Shown piece by piece: positions 27,137-32,000 of a DNA stretch of 32,000 bases. The position numbers were made by a program, and so were the translations under genes. This DNA comes from Nitrosospira multiformis ATCC 25196 (GTDB lineage Bacteria > Pseudomonadota > Gammaproteobacteria > Burkholderiales > Nitrosomonadaceae), in assembly GCF_000196355.1 (NCBI RefSeq), contig NC_007614.1, positions 600,001-632,000 of the forward strand, read 5' to 3'. Each line of letters begins with the position of its first letter. Within the stretch, counting starts at the first letter, position 1. The notes under the pieces are model-generated. The model did no database searches and was not told the DNA's origin. It worked only from the letters and a program-made list of their open reading frames with translations.

Positions 27137-30100
27137 GGTCTTTCTTCTCAAGTTTGAAATTCACCTCGACTACAAATGAGTCTTCCAAGTGATAGAAATC
27201 AAGCTTCGGCTCTTTGTATATCGGTGAATTAATCGTACGCCATATCTTATGTAAACCACTTCGGCCTTCACGCTGGGCACGGCGTGGAGACTCATCACTT
27301 CTAAGCGAATCACGGAGCTTGCTGAGTTTGTCGCGTTCCGCCTGAGTAACTTTCGCAGGAGCGAGATTATTAGATATTCTCGCATTGAAAACGCCATTAG
27401 AAAAAGAAAGCTCTGCTTTTACAGTCAATTCATCCATCTCCAATCCCGACCTCAGCACAGCGTTTTCAAGAAGAACATGAAATACATACACCATTCCGTC
27501 CAAAGTGCGACCTGGCATTAAAGGGGTGTCTCGTGAGAGAGAGACTGAGGCACCATTCCAACCAGTTGCGTTGAACATGGTGTTTTTTACCATATTGAGG
27601 GCAATGTGAAAGGGAAAATCGGCAGCACAGTCCTGTCGGTCATATACTTCGCTCCTTTTAAACCAAGAAATAACTAGACCTAGCTGATTTTGAACGTTCG
27701 TTTTTGCTCTTCCTACAGCGTTTAATAAGTCGTTAATACCTGGGGCAGGGACACGATTTAGATGATTTGTTAATTTAACGAAAGGCTCCATCAGGCGGGC
27801 TCGTATGTCCGTATCTAACACGTATTGAACATTACGCAAATTTAGATCAGTTTTTTCCCAGAGAATGTCTACGTAATAATTTACGAATTCATCCATATTT
27901 GTAAAAGCTTTATCCTGCTCTTGGACGAATTTTCTTTCCCATTGCGATGAGCGATAAACAAATAGCGCGTTCTTGTTCTCGCCCGAATCCTTGAGTTCGT
28001 GAACTATTCTGATCTGAATAAGTTCATCTTTAAGATACTCAATAACACTATCGAACTCGCTTGAGAAAGTATCTAGTGCATCTAAAATTAGCTGCCACTC
28101 AGCCTGATATTCACTATAGCCCTTCTCTCCGTGACCCCAATATTGGTTACGTATATAGGATTTGCTCCCTTCTTCCCGTGAGGTTATGAGTCGCTCATCT
28201 GCAACTGGTTTACGGAGAGTATTACTTAATGTTCCGTGTCTAATTGTAGTGCTGAGGTATGCGTTAAGCCCATGGTCCCCACGTAAAAATTCATTTGTGA
28301 CTTCCGAAAATAGGGCTTCGAATTGTACGTCGGACTCGGAGCCCATATCGAGATTGAGATTAAGTGTTTGTATCTTCGATAGGGCTAAAGGGACGGAGAT
28401 CGAGTTCTCCTTGGCGAAAACCGCACCTAAATTAGTGATGAAATTTTTAGCAAATGATTGTTCTGGTTTTAATACTGACGTTTGAGATGAGCTTTTATAA
28501 CGAATGTATGAATCTTCAAGTTTCGTCTTCAGTGATTTTTTTATTGCTTCGATTTCTACATAAACTTTGCTCTGCTCAATGAGCCTAGTCCCCTTCGCTA
28601 TTTCCTGCTGTTTTACACGCTCTTTGATTTCATCGAAGTAAACTACCTCACCTTCCGGATCTAATTCGGCAAGTATGCGGCAAACTTTAATTCGAGCCTC
28701 TTCAATCTCTCTTGTTCCAGAATAAAGAATAGTATGTCTCATAATTTCTGGTGTCCAAATGTTTCTGAGATAGGCTATAACAAAAGGCTTCCCGAACTCT
28801 TCGATTCTTTCCGCAAGGTCTGATGGTTCATTTATCCGATTATTTACTTGGAATAGTTCAAACGAATATCGTAACTGCGCAATCTTTTCCGGTCCGCAGT
28901 ACAACGTGTAGAGTTGGAACAATAATGATGTCGATATTGATCTTGGCCAATCTGCGGGTTCTTTGAGTGCATCAGCAACCTGTTTGATAGGCAATAAGGT
29001 CGGCACATTCTGATTCTCAATATATGCTGCAACCGTTGTATCGACTGCTTCTGAGATGCGATCTAATTTCAAGAGTGCAAGTGCCGCTCCCCCTCGGGCT
29101 CGAATATTTTCGACGCCGGTTGTGTTCACAATTAACCACTGGAAATGTTCTGCAGCTCGTATGGGGCTACCAAAAGCCAGATGATAAACCGCTAGGTATT
29201 TCTGCTTTCTTATCTCGCTTATCGGCAGGGGTTCGTCGATCTGCCCGCTACTTACCAGGTCATACACGGCGCGCGTATAGGGAAATAATATTTTTAACTG
29301 CTCATCGTTAAGAATTTTAATTTTGGCTTGACCATTTGCCGCCACAGCACTAAAAGGCGTTACGTGAGGTTCCCTTATAAAGATATCCCTAAGTGGATCG
29401 GGTGGGAATGCAGCTTGTTCCGGACGTAGTTCATATCGAGTTACAGCCTCAAGATAGTGAACCCAAGAGTGTCCATAGAAGCGTTCGGATAAAGTAATGA
29501 GTGCAAAGGCCGCGGAGTAGGTATTCGTAGATAGACTGAGCACCTCGTGTAAGCTTCTAAATGCTTCCTTAAGAACTCCTTGTTGGTCGGGGTAGGAAAT
29601 CCCAGCTTGCAAGCAGGCCTTCAATCTCATAACTTGTATGGACATATCCTCCGGGAAGTCACGTAGATATGTCTCCGAATTTTGCGCCATGAGTGGGTAT
29701 TCGCCTTTTGTATATAATTCTATTAACTCTGCCCTTTGCTTGTTATAGACAGTAACAGTACTAGGCACGATATCTAGCCCCCTAAGTACGCCTGCCAGAC
29801 GAATGTCCTGCGTCCTTCTAAAGATAGCGACTAGTGGCTTTTCAATTACCGGTATCATTCCGGTTGAAATTGCTCGAGTTCGAGCCGCTGATTGAAGGAT
29901 AAATACCAAGGTTTCGTAGTGATCGATAACACAGGACTGGGCTTCCACGTATAGAGTGGCAGGTACATCATCAGTATGTATATGAGATAGCTCAAATAGT
30001 TTCGCTCTCAAATAGCTTTGAAGTATTGGATTGCTGTAGTCCCCAAACATCCTTAACAGCTCGGTCTTTAGATAACCTTTAAGTCCCGTTGCTTCAATTC

Positions 30101-30680
30101 GTTTTCCAATAAAACGTATAATCCAAGGCATCAGCTGATGGTCCTTGCACTCGTCCTCATACAGCTGCCCTAGTTTCCTGGCTTCTTCAATACCCTCCCA
30201 GAATTGTGCCGCAGCAATCTTGTTTTGTATGAGCCAGATTGAACATCCAAATTTTCTCTCAATAACATTAAGAATTTCATTGCATTTGCTCTTTGAGTTT
30301 CGGAGAAGGGAGCGCTCATATTCTTCGCGGAGATGTGTGAAGTCTTTCAATTCCTCACTAAATTGAAGGCAGCGGCAAACGCCCCAAATAAGCTCGTTAA
30401 ACGGCCCAGCGGGTTGATATAGCGCTGGCTTAGAAAATAGCTCTGAGGGTTTAACTGGAAACGCGGGACCGTGAACGAAATCTAGAGCGTTTTTTTGGCG
30501 AAAAATTCTTGGAAAGAAGGTGAAGAGCTCATCTACAGATGTTTGTATTTTTAGCTTTGCGATTTCTAAATGCCCTCGCATACGGATAGCACTCGCGATC
30601 TCGCCAATAATTCTGTCTTGTCTAGCTGATTGCTTATTTCTTATCTTTTTTGGATTTCTAATCCGCTTTGAGCTAGCCAT
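27117..30680 (-). CDS. dtcA: 1187-aa cytoplasmic sensor protein with C-terminal GHKL / histidine-kinase-type ATPase: DtcA-like
   Basis: The last ~130 aa carry an N-box-like VFHVLLENAVLRSG (Asn1073 at 27462..27464), a G1-like ARISNNLAP and a G2-like EGRSGLHKI (27243..27269). The preceding ~1050 aa contain no TM segment and look helical and repeat-like (for example ARGGAALALLKLDRISEAVDTTVAAY). No SD is obvious at ATG 30680, so the start is moderately uncertain. Confidence 0.75.
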   Translation of the reverse strand: MASSKRIRNPKKIRNKQSARQDRIIGEIASAIRMRGHLEIAKLKIQTSVDELFTFFPRIFRQKNALDFVHGPAFPVKPSELFSKPALYQPAGPFNELIWGVCRCLQFSEELKDFTHLREEYERSLLRNSKSKCNEILNVIERKFGCSIWLIQNKIAAAQFWEGIEEARKLGQLYEDECKDHQLMPWIIRFIGKRIEATGLKGYLKTELLRMFGDYSNPILQSYLRAKLFELSHIHTDDVPATLYVEAQSCVIDHYETLVFILQSAARTRAISTGMIPVIEKPLVAIFRRTQDIRLAGVLRGLDIVPSTVTVYNKQRAELIELYTKGEYPLMAQNSETYLRDFPEDMSIQVMRLKACLQAGISYPDQQGVLKEAFRSLHEVLSLSTNTYSAAFALITLSERFYGHSWVHYLEAVTRYELRPEQAAFPPDPLRDIFIREPHVTPFSAVAANGQAKIKILNDEQLKILFPYTRAVYDLVSSGQIDEPLPISEIRKQKYLAVYHLAFGSPIRAAEHFQWLIVNTTGVENIRARGGAALALLKLDRISEAVDTTVAAYIENQNVPTLLPIKQVADALKEPADWPRSISTSLLFQLYTLYCGPEKIAQLRYSFELFQVNNRINEPSDLAERIEEFGKPFVIAYLRNIWTPEIMRHTILYSGTREIEEARIKVCRILAELDPEGEVVYFDEIKERVKQQEIAKGTRLIEQSKVYVEIEAIKKSLKTKLEDSYIRYKSSSQTSVLKPEQSFAKNFITNLGAVFAKENSISVPLALSKIQTLNLNLDMGSESDVQFEALFSEVTNEFLRGDHGLNAYLSTTIRHGTLSNTLRKPVADERLITSREEGSKSYIRNQYWGHGEKGYSEYQAEWQLILDALDTFSSEFDSVIEYLKDELIQIRIVHELKDSGENKNALFVYRSSQWERKFVQEQDKAFTNMDEFVNYYVDILWEKTDLNLRNVQYVLDTDIRARLMEPFVKLTNHLNRVPAPGINDLLNAVGRAKTNVQNQLGLVISWFKRSEVYDRQDCAADFPFHIALNMVKNTMFNATGWNGASVSLSRDTPLMPGRTLDGMVYVFHVLLENAVLRSGLEMDELTVKAELSFSNGVFNARISNNLAPAKVTQAERDKLSKLRDSLRSDESPRRAQREGRSGLHKIWRTINSPIYKEPKLDFYHLEDSFVVEVNFKLEKKDHEYLGH

Positions 30681-30829
30681 GTCTGAGATAAAAGTAGTTT
30701 AAATTCTTGATTCAATCTTCCAGATGGGGCATTAGGATACTTTAGAAGGCATTCAAGAAGCCTCAGACGTGTAAACCTTTAACCAGCTTATCGAGAAAAT
30801 ATCTAATGCAGAGACACCTCCATGGGGTT

Positions 30830-31699
30830 TTACCCCATTTCTCCGGACGGTTTGGTTAAGCCTAAATCCTGCTTCTGACGCATTTCCAGCTGTCGCCGTT
30901 TTCGCGGATTATGGAATCGCTCGATATAGTCGAAGATATCTGTGCGCGCCTCAGCCCGGGTTCGATACTGGCGACGATATACTCGCTCCCGCTTGAGCAA
31001 GCCAAAGAAGCTCTCTGCTGGCGCGTTGTCGGCACAACTACCGACAGCGCTCATGCTGCAAATCAGATTGTGTCCTTGCAGGAAGCGTTGATACTCGTCA
31101 CTGGTAAACTGACAGCCGCGATCTGAGTGCAGGATGACGGGAGTTTTTGCCTCACGCTGCCAAAGCGCCATGAGTACGGCCTGCAGCACCAGTTGCGGAT
31201 CCTGGCAGTGGCTCATTGACCAGCCGACCACGATGCCCGAGTACAGGTCCACGACCACGCACAGATAAAGCCAGCTTTCCTGAGTGCGCACATAGGTTAT
31301 GTCCGTCACCCACCGGCTGTTGGGCTCACTTGCTGTAAAGTCCCGCTGCAAGTGATTGTGCACATTCTCCGGTCGAAGGCCACAGACCTTCTTGTGCCAG
31401 CGTTTACGCTGCGGGATGCCATACAACCTCTGCTGGCGCATCAGCCGTGCTATGCGGTTCAACCCACACGCCTCGCCTTCATAACGCAACTCCTTCCAGA
31501 CTCGAGGACTGCCCATCACCCCATCGCTGCCATCATGAATCTTCCTGATGCGCTCCAGCAAACGCCGGTCATCATGCGCTCTCTGACTCAAGGGGCGATC
31601 TCGCCAATCATAGTAGCCGCTGGTTGATACATGCAGACAACGACACATCAGGCGAATGGGGAAGGCATCGCGGCAGCGTTCGATCATGCGATATCTCAT
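30830..31699 (-). CDS. IS3-family transposase OrfB (rve/DDE integrase core)
   Basis: DDE triad contexts are WVTDITYV, ILHSDRGCQFTS and CADNAPAESFFGLLKRE. Confidence 0.9.
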   Translation of the reverse strand: MRYRMIERCRDAFPIRLMCRCLHVSTSGYYDWRDRPLSQRAHDDRRLLERIRKIHDGSDGVMGSPRVWKELRYEGEACGLNRIARLMRQQRLYGIPQRKRWHKKVCGLRPENVHNHLQRDFTASEPNSRWVTDITYVRTQESWLYLCVVVDLYSGIVVGWSMSHCQDPQLVLQAVLMALWQREAKTPVILHSDRGCQFTSDEYQRFLQGHNLICSMSAVGSCADNAPAESFFGLLKRERVYRRQYRTRAEARTDIFDYIERFHNPRKRRQLEMRQKQDLGLTKPSGEMG

Positions 31700-31983
31700 T
31701 TCGACGCTTTCGCGAATAACGCCGCCGCTTCTTTTAAAAAATCACGCTCCTTCCTAACTTGGATCAGCTCACGTTTGAGCGCAGCCATCTCCTCATCACG
31801 GGGCCTGCCCTGACCCTGAAAGGCTTTATTACCGACCGAGCCCATTTCCCGGCACCACCGGCTCAGCATATTGGGATCAATCCCCAGATCACGCGCGATC
31901 CGGCTTGCCGGCACATTGCCAGACCGAACTAGTTGTACCGCTTCCTGCTTGAACTCCGCTGCATATTTCCTTCGCGTTGCCAT
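31696..31983 (-). CDS. IS3-family transposase OrfA (HTH DNA-binding)
   Basis: MATRRKYAAEFKQEAVQLV...IARDLGIDPNMLSRWCRE plus a leucine-zipper-like C-terminus. GGAGG lies upstream of ATG 31983. The stop overlaps the orfB ATG as ATGA. Confidence 0.9.
   Translation of the reverse strand: MATRRKYAAEFKQEAVQLVRSGNVPASRIARDLGIDPNMLSRWCREMGSVGNKAFQGQGRPRDEEMAALKRELIQVRKERDFLKEAAALFAKASK
31735..31741 (-). promoter_or_regulatory. Candidate -1 programmed ribosomal frameshift heptamer T TTT TTA (orfA to orfB fusion)
   Basis: In the orfA frame the minus strand reads GAT TTT TTA AAA GAA, an X XXY YYZ heptamer. A -1 slip reads FFKRSGGVIRESVE and enters the orfB frame upstream of its ATG. Confidence 0.55.
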
Positions 31984-32000
31984 GACACACCTCCTGACTC

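Larger units (their letters stand above)
30807..32000 (-). mobile_element. IS3-family insertion sequence (orfA/orfB); upstream end beyond window, downstream end only guessed
   Basis: Two overlapping transposase ORFs with an IS3 layout. The downstream terminus is tentatively placed where the minus strand reads ...GGAGGTGTCTCTGCA (ending CA, plus-strand 30807). The other inverted repeat is outside the window, so boundaries are unverified. Confidence 0.8.

Noticed and set aside
27170-30702. Short ORFs on both strands inside dtcA (e.g. 28162..28485 +, 29024..29311 +, 30145..30366 +, 28844..29032 -)
   Set aside because: They are embedded in or antisense to the continuous 1187-codon frame. None has an SD or a recognisable motif.
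30811-31994. GAGACACCTCC (30811..30821) versus GACACACCTCC (31984..31994), considered as possible IS terminal repeats
   Set aside because: They are in direct, not inverted, orientation. The second is simply the complement of the orfA Shine-Dalgarno (GGAGGTGTGTC ATG). The true upstream IS end must lie beyond base 32000.
1-32000. Scan for CRISPR arrays, tRNA/rRNA genes and long tandem repeats
   Set aside because: No regularly spaced direct repeats and no tRNA-like T-arm/acceptor signatures appear in intergenic regions. GGTTCGA-like strings occur only inside coding sequence. No rRNA-like segments were seen.

Overview
This 32-kb window looks like a betaproteobacterial chromosome, judging by housekeeping synteny (rnb, a TonB-family gene, aroE-mtgA, mgtE, lptM-lysA at 17.5-25.3 kb). 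A Nitrosomonadaceae-type host is possible but only a tentative recollection. There are four compartments. (1) 1-13.4 kb is an accessory cluster of six redox metalloenzyme genes: a di-haem cytochrome c lipoprotein (partial, absent from the ORF track), a tyrosinase, a DyP peroxidase with a membrane partner, a catalase-related (allene-oxide-synthase-like) haemoprotein, a mini-lipoxygenase and a cyclooxygenase-like haem peroxidase. Together these resemble a eukaryote-like oxylipin toolkit. The cluster is interrupted by about 1.3 kb of decayed DNA holding an M4-protease pseudogene and a duplicated lipoxygenase 3' end. (2) 13.8-17.2 kb holds a leaderless S8 protease paired with an alpha/beta hydrolase. 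(3) 17.5-25.3 kb is core housekeeping. (4) 25.3-30.8 kb is a visibly AT-rich island abutting an IS3-family element. It carries a three-gene overlapping operon: a 1187-aa cytoplasmic sensor with a C-terminal GHKL/histidine-kinase ATPase, a stand-alone receiver, and a receiver fused to a purine-nucleoside-phosphorylase-like domain. This is the architecture of the Detocs (defensive two-component) anti-phage system and is the main candidate for the exciting system. I saw no rRNA, tRNA or CRISPR array. All calls rest on reading motifs by eye; no searches or computations were run.
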